Shown here: in pieces, positions 12,360-24,480 of the stretch | Numbering within the stretch: the stretch's first letter is position 1 | Layout: each line of letters begins with the position of its first letter | NCBI GenBank assembly: GCA_964106645.2 | Contig: OZ067048.1 | Direction: 5' to 3' (one strand) | Source of the DNA: Podarcis pityusensis | Lineage: Eukaryota | Length of the DNA: 64,000 bases | Notes under the pieces: generated by a model | What the model saw: only the letters and a program-made list of their open reading frames with translations | What the model was told of the DNA's origin: nothing | Databases searched by the model: none | Translations under genes and position numbers: made by a program

Positions 12360-15300
12360 GCATGCATTCAGCCAGGAATTCCGGATCAGTTAGCAACGTT
12401 TATGTTTACTTTTGAGTGAAGAAAATGAGGCCGGGGGTAGGTGAGGGAACAGGCGAAAAGCCGACCTCCCCGCTCCTTTCTGCTGAAGATGGGGAGGGGG
12501 GGAATTAAGAGGGTCTTCCTGATGAAGACTTGTGCACAGTGGGGGGAAGCAAGGCGTTAAAAGTGACGCCTGGACGCGCCAGCGGAGCTTCACACGGAAG
12601 ATCCGCCAGGTTTCTCCGCCACTTAATTTAATCTTCGCGGCACTGGGCCGGGAGATGAGTTGGGGCTTCCCGCCCCCGCCTCTCCGAAGCCCTAGGGTCG
12701 AAGTCAAATGGGGAGCTCTTGCTCTGACCTGCAGCCTTTCGGAGGCGTTTAAACGCGAAGGCGCTCCAAAGAGCGTGGTGGCCAGGAGGTGGCCTTCAGG
12801 GAAGCCCGGTTGGCCCTGGGAGGTAGGAGAGATTCATGGGTGGGAACGGGCAGCCCCTAGCAACCATGCCACCATTCGGAAGTATTTCCAGCTTCCAAGC
12901 ATCCCTGGACTCTTCAGACAGCAAAGGTGGCTCTTTCTAGTCGGAGGGGCAGCAGCAGTAGTAGAGAGGTATTTCCCGCCCACTCCCTGGCAAAGGGATT
13001 TGGAAGCTGCCTCTGAAATGCTCTTGGTTCCTTGCAGCCAAAGCCATTAGGCTATTAATAGGAAGGCCTTGTCTTTTGATGCAAAGGAACAAATAATTCT
13101 GTCTAACCAGGTTCTTTTTTCTTTTCTTTTTTGCCAAAAAAGACACATACTCATCTCCCACACACGGGTTTGGGGGGGATAAAAAAAATCGTTTCTGAAC
13201 AAACAGGGACTTGGCTTTCGTGTCTTGTGGGTTCAACTTTAGCTTAGCATGACAGCTATTGGGAAGGAAGAGATCGCTCTCTCTCCGCCCGCCCCCTTAT
13301 CAGTTTATTTCGGATTCACTGGGTGTCCTCAGCAGCAGTGGACGAAGCAGGGCCTCGTGCGAAGCCTACAAAACAAGTCCGGGATCTGGAGTGCGGATGG
13401 ACGCTCATTTTTTATTTTTTTTTTACTCGCCAGACCAACAGTTCCGTCCTAGCCTTGAGAAATTTGTTTCGGCTCCCAGGGACTTTGCAAAAATGGGAGA
13501 GGCGGGAAGCCTCTTCGAGGTTTGTTCCCTGCTCTGGTTTCCTTTGTATCTGTTTGCCAATGGGGAGTGGTGGTTGGAAGGGACATTTTATTTTATTTAC
13601 GGAACGAGTCCATCAATGAGGCCGAGGGACTCCTTCCATCCCAACCCGGCTTGCTGCCAGGGCGAAATGCAGGCAAGGGGAGCAGGCAGCGCGCCCCTCT
13701 CGCCACCTTCTGCGTCTCCAACCGAGGCGCACGCGGTGGGGATCGAGGCATTCCTCCGCTCGCCGCCGCCTGGCTTGAGGCCTAGGCGCAATCATGCAAG
13801 CCAGTCCCCTCCTTCCTAGAGTGAAGGCATTTTCGAGCCTTGCCCCACTTTCTTTCTATGAAGAGCGATTAGATGGCGCCTATTCAAAGCTGCTGATCCA
13901 GAGAGAAAAGAGGAGTAGATAAAAGGCGATTTCAAGTGACCTCTTCGTCCTTTTCACACCAACCTGAGTCCCCAGAATAGCCGAGGATCAGCTGGGACAA
14001 AAGAGCGTCCCCTCCTTTGCCCTTTCAGCTTCAGAAGCCTCCGTGCAAGGGGTTAACAATAAAGCAGATTTCTCTTCCCCCACCACACACACACCACACA
14101 CACAGCTTTGCCAGCCCCATGTCTTCCAGGGTACTTTTTATGAGCCCCCCCCCCCACAATCGCTGCTCTCTCTCGCGCGCGCGCGCACCCCCTCCATGCT
14201 CCCCATAGCCAGCTTCAGTGTGGCGCGATTCTTTATGGTCTGCTTGAGCTGTTTCATTGACTTTTTTTTTTAAGCCCAACTTAAAAGTCCTCCCGCCCCA
14301 TCTCCTTAGCTGCCTGAACAGGCCTGTAATAAACACATCTCGGACCCTGACAGTTTAAGGGAAAAGTCAGATTTATTAGTTATATCAAGTTTAGGAGGAG
14401 CTCAGGGTGATGCTCACACCAGCAGCCAAGCCTGGATTCCCTCCCCCACCCTTTGACACCCTCTCGGCGCCTCTAAGCGATAACTGAACAATCGGTGGGG
14501 CAAATCTTTTATTTTCTTACACAGAGAGAGAGAGTTCTTTTAATTTTTAGCCTGGAAAAGAGAAGTCCAACTGAACTCATCTCCTGATGGGCTAATGCCT
14601 ATGATAAAAGAAATGGGAGCTGTGACAGGTGACTATTATGGGAAATGATTCTACAAGCCAGAAGATCGTATTGTCAAGACACGGGGGGAAACTTCTCTCG
14701 CAAGTGTGCCCCCTTTTCATCCCCAGCATAGCCAGATATTAATGTCTACACACACGCACACACACCCACACCTACTAGATCTGGGCATCAGCTTGCCTGG
14801 GCCTTACGTGATGCGCGCATGACAAGACTGGTCTCCAAACGAAGGGCAGATCCTCAGAGAAGCCAAAGGGAGACTCTCCAGCGCTGCCATCTACACTCAT
14901 GGAAAGTCCTCACTCCCCACCCCGCTCCCTTCCTGGCATCCGCACACACTTATGTCGCTTCGCTTCCCGCATTAAGATCCCCGCAGCTTTATTTGTGCGG
15001 AAAGTCAATATCTGGTTGTGAGAATTCGCCATTTTGCGCAGGGAACGGGGTGGGGAGCGCATGGGATAAGACAGCTCTGACGCAGGAAGGCTGCAGAGCC
15101 TGCTGACCGCCAGTTTCCTGTGTCCTGCTAGGATCTTCCGGATCCATCTCGGCCGTGAAACAAGGCACACTATAAAAGCTGGCCAATATGGGTCCCTCTG
15201 TTAGCTGGGAAATTCCTGCGCCCCTCGAGGCCACTCGACTACGGCGCCTGGTTTAAGAGGCCAAAGGACCCTTTCCTGGAAATATTCTCCAGGGAACATT

Positions 15301-16100
15301 AGAGGGATTTACTCCTGAGTAAGGGCTGTACTGTAAACCTGCAATCCTACCCCCCCCCCTTCTTGGGAATAAGTCCCCCACTCAGCTCCGTGGGACTTCG
15401 TTCCAAAGAAACAGCTGGTGTGGGATCGCGCTGCCCCTGACCTCTGCACAGTTTTCAACTTGTTTGGGTTTCCTGGCTGTTGTGTCGGCAAATCCACGAT
15501 TTCAGTGGCCAGCTGCCGCCGTCTGGTTGAGAGGAGACCGCCGCACTCTGAAAGCACCTGGTAACTCAGCGCGACATTTCGCTAGGTGCCAAATGACCAA
15601 GTCGAGCCCAGAATACGGCCTAATGGCTCCTAGTGAGGCCCGCGGGGGTTGGCGGGACCTTTGGGAAAGGTATTTTGCTCCTTTGCCTTGCTTCTCTTAC
15701 AACTCCACAACAAAAGCATAAACCCAGACTCTCGGCAGCCTATTTTACAGGTTTCATTTTAGCCTTCGACCACTGGCGGGTGCCTAACCGGGAACCTTTG
15801 CCCAGGTTAGAGCCCCTGTTTCCTCCAGACGCTCTCCTCCCTTGGCCCAGCTGCCTTTATAGTAAACACGCAGCGTTTTCTCTTTTGTAAGAAAGCCTAG
15901 AAGGAATGGTATCCACATATTTTCTTGGAAGTAAGTTTCATGGAATTCAGTAGAATTTACTTTCAAGCCCCAATGGGGTGTGCAGACATGGGATTCCAAG
16001 AAAGGACTGCTTTAAGAAGTAGGTCTGATTAAGATGTTGGAAGTAAGTTAACTAGAACTTATATCACATGTGCACAACACAAGCCAGCTTCATTTACATT

Positions 16101-16210
16101 TATGTAATTTTAATATTTTGCTGGAAGCCTCCCAGAGTGGTTGGGGAAACCCTTCCAGATGGGCAGGGTATAAATAATAAATTATGATTATACATTATTA
16201 TTATTATTAT
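16101..16210 (+). mobile_element. 3' end fragment of a squamate LINE (L2/CR1-clade-like) with (ATT)n tail
   Basis: CCCAGAGTGGTTGGGGAAACCCTTCCAGATGGGCAGGGTATAAATAATAAA followed by an (ATT)n tail. Family assignment from memory. Confidence 0.6.
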
Positions 16211-19200
16211 GGAGGAAGGATTTGCTGGAATATCTCGTGCGCGTGTGTGCGTGTTTGTTTGTTTCCAAACAGGCTTTAAAATGGGAATCATCTCGCACTT
16301 GGTCCCCTGAAGTGAGTAAGGACATAAAGGAAAGTGAGTACAGATCAGTTGAGAACTCTCAGGGATCCATCCAGGCACTGGTGAAATCCTCCCTCCCTCC
16401 CATGCACACGAATCTGAGCATCCGTGTGAGTGCATCAGGCTTTGTTTAGAGAGAAGGGGCCCCCCGAAATATTAGGTGGCCAGTGGCTATTTATTTGCAA
16501 ACGGGCGTTGTAATCCACTGGGTCTACTTTGGCTGGGATTCTGGGAATGGCCAATTGTGTATAGGATAGGGATGGGGGGGGGTTGAAATCTGCAGATTTG
16601 TGCAGATAACAAACGACAGTCGAGGAAGGGGCAGGCGCGCCTCGTTTTTCCACCCGGGCAGGAGTTCCATTGCGCTGGAAGCCTGTGACCCGGCACTAGT
16701 GCAGACGGTGAATGAGGCCTACTTCCGCTAGTCGTGGCAGCGGCGTTGCTGGGCAGGCTTCCCTGCCAAGGCCTGGCTCGCTGACAGTCTTGCCCTGCTG
16801 GACACCAAGCCCTCGCCAACGGAAGGCAGAGGGAGGAACCAGCAAGGCCGCCGCCACTACGCACTTTGCTTGAGGAGGGGGCTTTTGGGGGGAGGTGGGG
16901 GGGAGGGAAAGAGGTGGGTCAGCAATGTTTACACTGCAATTAATATTTGACGAGGACTGGAAATAGTCCTCGAGGGGAGGGATGCCCCTCGACAGGCTGG
17001 CTTCTCTGATGGATCAGGCATCCAAAAGCTGGAAGGCAGAGCTTGTCAAGAGTTCGTCGAAAGCGCGAGCTCGCTGATTTGTGGGGCAAGCGGCCCAGCA
17101 TGCTGGTAGCGTGTGAAAGTGAGAGAACAGCATTCAAAGCACGCCTTCCGTATGGCTTTCTGGGTCTGTTTTAAGTTGATCTATGTAGAACGGGGATGGC
17201 ATATGTGTGCTTTAAAAAGCACTTCCCAAATGTCATGTCCTAACGAAATGCAGCTGGATCTCTTACCAGAACGGGGAGTGAGTTGCTCAAAGTTGCTAAA
17301 AGAATGTAACAGATTTTTTTTCTCTCCACTTGGGAGAGAGAGTGAAGATCCCTCCTGTGCTATTTTCCCCTATAAGGATTCTCGAATACACAGCCAGGCA
17401 CAAACACACAGTCAATATGTATTATACAGTGCTGCATTGAAAAACCACACATACGCCATACACTTGATTTTTGCAAAGGAATCGGGCCTTTGAATTAAAA
17501 AAAGCAAAGGTTACTGCAAGCGGATAAATATTTCTGGATACAGATCATTTCCATCCCCCAGCTAGGCTTTGCTATTACCTTCTCTTCAGCCCATATTTGG
17601 TTTGGGTGTTTTACGGAGGGAGGAGGTTTCGTTTTTTAAATGCCCCCCCTCCTGGTTCCAGGAAAAGTTCTGACAGACACAACGTTTTCCTCTGGTCCAG
17701 TGAAGATGGGTGTCTCCGAAAACAACCCCAGAGAGGACAGCATTTCTTTTCTGAACCCACAAAGTGACTGTAAGTCCCACCATTTCAAATGAACAGAGGT
17801 TACTTCTATGTAAGTGTGCTGTGGCTCGTGGTCTTAAACTCAGCCTGTCTGCATCTCTGTTCTCCCATAAAATGACCTTATCAGATTACAAAGCCTTGGC
17901 TGAAACATCGAAAGAGGAATCCTGATTGGCCCCACGCAGGAAAAAACAAAACCCCTTAAGCGGAGCCCGTGCATTACTTCCAGAATATTACAACCTCGTT
18001 GAACATAACTGATCTGCTTTAATCTACCACCATCCCAGTTCGCACGCCTATTGAACACCATGGATGCGCCTTATTTTAAATTCTTCACACACACCCTCGC
18101 TGGTTTGCATCTGAAAATGCCATTCGGCTGTCCTGATATTTGAAGTTCAACCGGTTTAGCAACTCCCCTCTGCTTAACCAATTTGCCCATTGCGGCCCAA
18201 GATGGGATTCTAAACACAGACAAGAGACGCGGAAAACCTATGCGATTTCCATGTAAATATGGTTAGGGCAACATTGGGGTTGGCAGTCTTGAGGAAGTTA
18301 GAGCTCGCTTCTATTTTTCGGGGCATACTTTAGGCACCGCAAGAAGCTGGCGGGGAAAGCCGGATTTTCCCAATTAATTACATTGTGGCCACATTACTTT
18401 TCTTTATTTCCTTTTGCTCTCGGAGAGAGAGGAAAGTGAGCGTTTGAGAGGGAGGGAGAAATTGACAAAGGATTTCTATATTTGAGCCAGCTTCTTTTGG
18501 AGAGGTTAAGGATCCCCGCTTCCAATGAAGGATCCATTCATTTCTCGCGGCCTGAATTCTTATCCATTTCCCATTCAAAGACCCAGCCAGATCCCTAAAA
18601 GATGGGATTTCCTGAAGGACTCATAAAATTGGCTAGGCTTCGCTCTATTTTCGCTGAATAAAAGCAGAGATTGAGTGGGTTCTGTTTTATACCTATTCTA
18701 AGAGAAATGTGGTATCCTTAGGGACAGCAAAGGCAATCTTGGAGTGGGGGAGACAGAACATAATCGGAATTAAGGGTGGGTTTTGTAATTATTTTTAATG
18801 GGCCTTTCCTTGTCATAAAGGTCTTTCTGTCTTCCCCTCTCTCTCGTTCGATGGATCTCCCTGTTGTCCCTTTAATCTGTTGACACTCCCCACCACCACC
18901 CTAGATAAACAGGCTGCCATCGATCTTTTCATTAGGTGATCAAATAACAAACAGAGCAGGTGAAAGACAACAGCATTAGCACGCTGACACTCGTCTGCAA
19001 TCCCTCTTTAGGGGATGAAAAGTCCTGGCATAAACACTCAGCCCCACTGAATGGATCTGTTCACCTCTTCCTTAAGCCTACCTAGGCAATAGGAGGACTA
19101 TGGGATTCAGCTCTGGATCTGGACAAGTCGATCCCTGCTCATTCCCATCTGAGGTTGTTCCCGGAGGCAGCTGGTCCCATGATCTTAAGGACTGGGGATG

Positions 19201-19735
19201 GGGGGTTCCACAACATTGTTCAAACAAAAATTATTAATTTTTGCTACCTCTGCTTCTGCTTCCTAACTTCTTACATCTCTCTCTCTCCCTCTTCTCCGCC
19301 CCCCCCCCCCGCCCCCATCCCTGCCGCCTCTCCTTCAGATGAAATCTGGCGGGGAAATCCCAGCCAGGCCTGAACTGGGTGCCTTTTCAGGGTCTCCGAC
19401 AAAGCAGGCGAGATGGTTGAGGAAAGCGGAGAAGGAGCGTAGGTGGGGGGTGGTTTGTGTTTTTTTTTATTAAAAAAGTTACATTGCCCAAGTGGAACTC
19501 TATCAGAAGAGGATGGGGTGGGGATGAGAGATCCCAACTCCCTGCTGCCGGATGCTGCTTCACAGCGTCTAAAAACCCACCAGAAACACAAGTTACAGAA
19601 AGCAAAAGCTACTTGCCTTGGCCAGCGGAGGTTCTGCTAGTTGCTGGTGGAAGCGATCCGGACTCCGACGAAACCTTGTCAAGAAGCTGGTGCTTCTCTG
19701 TGCACCTTCTCCCGGGCTTTCTTTCTCTCTCCCCT

Positions 19736-19769
<34 letters not shown>

Positions 19770-19858
19770 TTTGCTCTGCCTCTTTTTTCCCCCTCTCTCC
19801 CTCCCTGTCTCTCCATAGTCCGGAGAGTAAAACCTTAGATGATATACATACAGAGCTG

Positions 19859-19860
<2 letters not shown>

Positions 19861-19904
<44 letters not shown>
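19861..19904. repeat. (GT)n microsatellite
   Basis: Direct read. Confidence 0.95.
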
Positions 19905-19906
<2 letters not shown>

Positions 19907-20580
19907 TTTAATCTTATTCGTTTCACCTTTTCAGTGACCACCAGAAGACAGGACCGAGAGTTTATTGGGAAAGAAAAGAGAGGCGAGGAGGCAGGCGAGA
20001 GAGAGCCCACTGTTGCATAGTCAATAACATCCTTTTTATCAATGCAATCTACAATAGGGACGGCTTGGCAGGAAAAACTGATGCGGAGGGTGGGGGGAGG
20101 GAGGGAGAAAACCACCCTTCATTATTTCACCACCAAATCGCAAACCGTGTCTTCGGGTGCGGGACTCTCCTCTCTAACTGGTGCCTAATATTTTTACAAC
20201 CTGAGAAGGGACGCACACAACGCTCTCTTTCTCGCCCTAGGCTCTAGTGCGCTGCGCTGTTTTGGAATAGCCCCTGCCCGCCCGCCAACCCCGGCTCTCT
20301 GCCGGTGTGGAAACTTTGATGGAAGTTGAGAAAACAAGGAAAATAAGGAGAAGTCAGGAGGGGCAGAAGATCTAGAAGCTAATGGAGAAATATTCCAATG
20401 GGAAGGATTACTCCCCATAGAAACATGCAGGCAGGGGACAAATATTAAGGGAAAGAGCCATTCAGATATTCTCGCGTCCCTTTCTGCTCCTTCATCGGAG
20501 GCTCAAGCTTTTTATTTATTTTTTAACTACACAAGGAAGGGGGGAGCTAAACAAACTGTAGTTTCACCGCTTACTTCCTG

Positions 20581-20598
20581 TCCGCTAGATGGCAGCAC
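20581..20598 (+). promoter_or_regulatory. CTCF-like motif upstream of the NR2F1 promoter
   Basis: CCGCTAGATGGCAGCA closely matches the CTCF core CCASYAGRKGGCRS. Confidence 0.5.
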
Positions 20599-20698
20599 GA
20601 ACCAGCGATTCTTCTAGGACTGGCGAAGGGGAATTTGTGTCGTCGTCGCGCCCCCCCCCCCAACTACCCGGTTCCCAGAATACACTTCTCCAAACTCA

Positions 20699-20702
<4 letters not shown>

Positions 20703-20737
<35 letters not shown>
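20703..20737. repeat. (CT)n microsatellite
   Basis: Direct read. Confidence 0.95.
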
Positions 20738-20740
<3 letters not shown>

Positions 20741-21479
20741 TGAACTTTCCTTTACAGGCATTGATCCTTTCATAAAGACGGCAAAACCGATCACTTACTT
20801 ACGTTATCCATTAATCATTACTGAGGCTGTTTAAAAACATTCGCGAAAGCAAAACACAAGGAGGACGGACAAGTTAATTTAATATATGTATCTATATATT
20901 AATAGTAAACAATAAATAAAAATAATGGGAGTTGGAGTGCAACCTCCATGTGAAATGGGGTTGTCGATTTCTGACCGGTCGTATTGCGACGGGAATGAAA
21001 TCCATTCTAAAAAAAATTACTAAATCCTGGAGAATATTTAAAGTGAGGGGGAACAGGCAGCGAGGTGGGAGGGGGAGACAGGGGGCTGCTGATGAACTGG
21101 AACATATGGGACCATAAATGTATTTTTAAAATACTCACAGTCCTTATGGACTCTCCTTAGCCATCTCCTTGCAGTCATTAAACAATAGAATCCAGTCCAA
21201 GTATCGTAATTCCTAATAGGGTTATTTTTGGAAGGAAGGAAGACCGGAGGGGGGGGCGAAATATCCCAAAGAGAAATCTGATCATTTAAAAAAAAAAAAC
21301 TTTTCAGAATGAGCCAAAATAATTTCCTTTAAATTCCCCTTTCCCCCTATCGCAATGCATCTCTTCCCCGCCCGCCCCCCTTTCTTTTGTCGTGCGTGTG
21401 TGTCTGTGTGTGTGACCATAGACGACCCATACTAATCAGGTCTCAAAGTAAATAGCAGAGCAGGGCGATCTCAATGTAA

Positions 21480-21506
21480 ATTGTGCTTGTCAGAAGAATC
21501 CCCCTC

Positions 21507-21546
<40 letters not shown>

Positions 21547-21910
21547 CCTTCCCTCTCCTTTCCTCCCCCCTCCCTCCTTCCCATCTCAGTCAGTAGGTAG
21601 CAAAGAATAAAGGCGGAGGGGGGGAGCGAGAGAGAGAGAGAGAGAGAGAGGAGATCTCAGCCAATGGAGTGAAGGAGGCTTGGCTAACCTTAGCCTCCCA
21701 TTTTCTCTCCCCCCAATTCAGGGCTCTGACCAGTCAGTCGCCTTTGATTATCAGTTGCCAGCAGCCCCTCTCTTGGNNNNNNNNNNNNNNNNNNNNNNNN
21801 NNNNNNNNNNNNNNNNNNNNNNNNNNNNNNNNNNNNNNNNNNNNNNNNNNNNNNNNNNNNNNNNNNNNNNNNNNNNNNNNNNNNNNNNNNNNNNNNNNNN
21901 NNNNNNNNCC
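21480..21910 (+). promoter_or_regulatory. NR2F1 proximal (probably bidirectional) promoter
   Basis: CCAAT box (AGCCAATG, CCAAT at 21661), TCF/LEF-like CTTTGAT at 21742, CT/GA tracts, directly upstream of the CpG island. Exact TSS not determinable; 21777-21908 is N. Confidence 0.55.
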
Positions 21911-22399
21911 CGTTTAAACGCATTCATTTTTTGGTTCTCTCTCTCTCTCTCTCCCTCTCTCTCTCTCCCTCTCTCTCTCTCTCTCTCCTTTCTTGCATAT
22001 TCTATTAGTTGAAGGCTGGTTTTTTTTTCTCTTTATCTCCTTCTCTCTCCACTCCTTTTCTCCTTTTCCTGGTGCCTCTCGCTTCCTTCCTTCATGAGAC
22101 CAGAGAGAGGGAAAACTTAAAAGAAAGGGGAAAGACCGCAAAAGAAAAAGAGCAAAAAGAAAGAAAGAAAGAAAAAGAAAGAGAGAGGGGCGCCTTTTGA
22201 ACATCTTCATATCTTCAATTTTTAAACACTTTTTTATTGTTATTTTGGGGGAGGGTTTTGTTCTTGGTTGCGGAGGTTTGTTTTCTTTTTCTTTTTCTCC
22301 TCCGAAATTTACTTTGAAAAGAAAAGAAAAAAAGAAGAAGAAAAATAAGAAGGTGTGTTTTTTTTCCTCCTTTCCTTCCCCTTCCTCTTGGGCGATCTC

Positions 22400-24480
22400 C
22401 AGTGATTATTGTCAGCAGCACGGAAGAAGAAAGAAGGCGAGGAGAGAAGGAGCTGCCGCGCGAGCGAGCGAGGAAGGCGCCAGGAGGAGAGCAAGCCGGA
22501 GAAGCAGGAGAAGGGGCTTTTATTTATTCGACCTACTTTGGATCTCTCGCTCGCCTTTCGGCTTTTCCCCTCCCCTCGGCGCGCGGCTGACATTCGCTCC
22601 GCTTCTGCTCTCTCCATGATCGCCTTTCGCTCCGCCACTTGGCTGGGGATCCTCGGTCTGCTGCGCCTGGGCGAAGTCGAGGGCGCTGCTGGGGTTTCTC
22701 CTTTGTATCTTCCCCAGCGAAATTGACGAGGGAGAGAGGCAGAGAGAAAGAGAGAAAGCGGCGCGCACGGAGAAAGAGAGACACAGCTAAAGAGAGAGGG
22801 AGCCCGGCGGCAAAGCAGCGGCGGCGGCCGGAGCCCAGAACAACGGCGGCGTCGGCGGCGAGAGACCCCCAAAGTGTCTCGTCCAGTCTCCTCTCGCGTC
22901 CTCCTCGGCGTCGTCGCCCTCGGGCTGGTCGGCGGAGCTTCCCGAAGCGCCTTTCCTGCATGGCTGACGCGCTGCCTCGGACTTGGCCCCCGGACACCCG
23001 CGCGCCCTGAGCGGCAGCCGCGCCTCGGCTCCCCGTGCGCCTTTGCCGGCCTCCCTGCGCGCCGACGGGCGCGATCCAGCGGCGGCTCTCCCGGCCGGGC
23101 CCCAGCGGCTTCGGCGGCGAGCAGTGGCGGCGACGGAGGCGGCCGCAGCCCCGGCAGAGAGACCAGCTTCTTCACCAGCAGCAGCGGCGGCGGCGGCAGC
23201 AGCAGCTTCGGCGGCGGCAGCAGCAGCAGCATCGCGCGGCTCCGGGCTCCTTCCTTGCTGCCGCTGCCTCTTTCGAGTCGACCGGCCGGGCGGGCGCGCC
23301 GCTAGCCCGCCGCGGACGGTGCGGGGCTGGCTGGCCAGGCAGGGTGTCCGGCGAGCCGGTCGCCTCCTCTTCCTCCCTTTCCTCCTCCTTCTCCTCCTCC
23401 TCCTGCTTCTTCCCCCCGTCGCCCTCTCTTCCCTCTCCTCCCCAGGGTCACCCTCCTGAATGCCTCTCCCGACAGCCCGCTTCGCCCTGGCTGCTTTTGC
23501 AACTTGAAAAGGGACACGTTTCTGGGGGGGAGGGAGGGAAGGGACTGAGAGAAGAAGCAGGAGGAGGAGGAGGAGGAAGAGAAGAAGAAGAGCGGGGGAC
23601 ACCATCCTGCTAGTCCCTTTGGAATTCCATTNNNNNNNNNNNNNNNNNNNNNNNNNNNNNNNNNNNNNNNNNNNNNNNNNNNNNNNNNNNNNNNNNNNNN
23701 NNNNNNNNNNNNNNNNNNNNNNNNNNNNNNNNNNNNNNNNNNNNNNNNNNNNNNNNNNNNNNNNNNNNAGAAGCAGAAAAAGATCGGCAGCGGGAGCAGC
23801 GGAGAGGCGGCGGCGGCAGCCACAGCAGCAACAGCCGCGGAGAGGCGGGAGGAGCCCCGATCCCTCGCCTCTGCCCCCCCCCCCGCGACAAACCCAGGCA
23901 GCCGCCCTTCTTTCCCCCCTTACCCTACCCCACCCCCTTACCCACCCGACCCCCCACCCCTCCTCCTCTCCCGGCCTCTTCTCCGGCAGCCCACCATCAC
24001 CACCAGGCACCCCCCCTCTTTTTTTTCCTCCGTGGGCCCGAGATATGGCAATGGTAGTTAGCAGCTGGCGAGATGCGCAAGAGGACGTGGCCGGGGGCGG
24101 CCCCACCGGAGCAGCTCAGCCGGGCCGGGACCCGCAGCAAGGGGCCTCGGCGGCCCCCCACACGCCGCAGACGCCCAGCCAGCCGGGCGCGCCGTCCACG
24201 CCGGGCGACAAGGGGCAGCAGCAGCAGGGATCGGGCCAGAGCCAGCAGCAGCAGCAGCACATCGAGTGCGTGGTTTGCGGCGACAAGTCCAGCGGCAAGC
24301 ACTATGGGCAGTTCACCTGCGAGGGCTGCAAAAGTTTCTTCAAGCGAAGCGTCCGCAGGAACTTAACGTACACTTGCCGGGCCAACCGGAACTGTCCCAT
24401 CGACCAGCACCACCGCAACCAGTGCCAGTACTGCCGCCTCAAGAAGTGCCTCAAAGTGGGCATGAGGCGGGAAGGTGAAT
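22400..24480. promoter_or_regulatory. CpG island covering the long GC-rich NR2F1 5' leader and exon 1
   Basis: Very high GC and CpG density with (GGC/AGC)n runs. Confidence 0.85.
24045..24474 (+). CDS. NR2F1: NR2F1 (COUP-TFI) coding exon 1: N-terminal A/B region and complete C4 zinc-finger DNA-binding domain
   Basis: ATG at 24045 gives [10 protein letters not shown]... then [69 protein letters not shown] (NR2F P-box CEGCKS). Ends GAA G|GTGAAT, a phase-1 donor at 24475. 430 nt. Confidence 0.98.

Larger units (their letters stand above)
10888..21450 (-). ncRNA. Candidate divergent lncRNA (NR2F1-AS1-like); exon structure uncertain
   Basis: Strong minus-strand donors (GTGAGT at 21138, GTAAGTAAGT at 20802, CTG|GTAAGT at 10887) plus the known divergent lncRNA at mammalian NR2F1. 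No transcript evidence in hand. Confidence 0.3.

Noticed and set aside
20042-20160. Upstream sense alternative first exon (MQSTIG...) analogous to NR2F2 upstream isoforms
   Set aside because: Only a weak donor (G|GTGCGG) and no recognisable similarity.
22309-24106. Long minus-strand ORFs (439 aa and 307 aa) and overlapping plus-strand ORFs over the leader
   Set aside because: Low-complexity Ala/Arg/Gly translations of a CpG island; one spans Ns; no recognisable domain.
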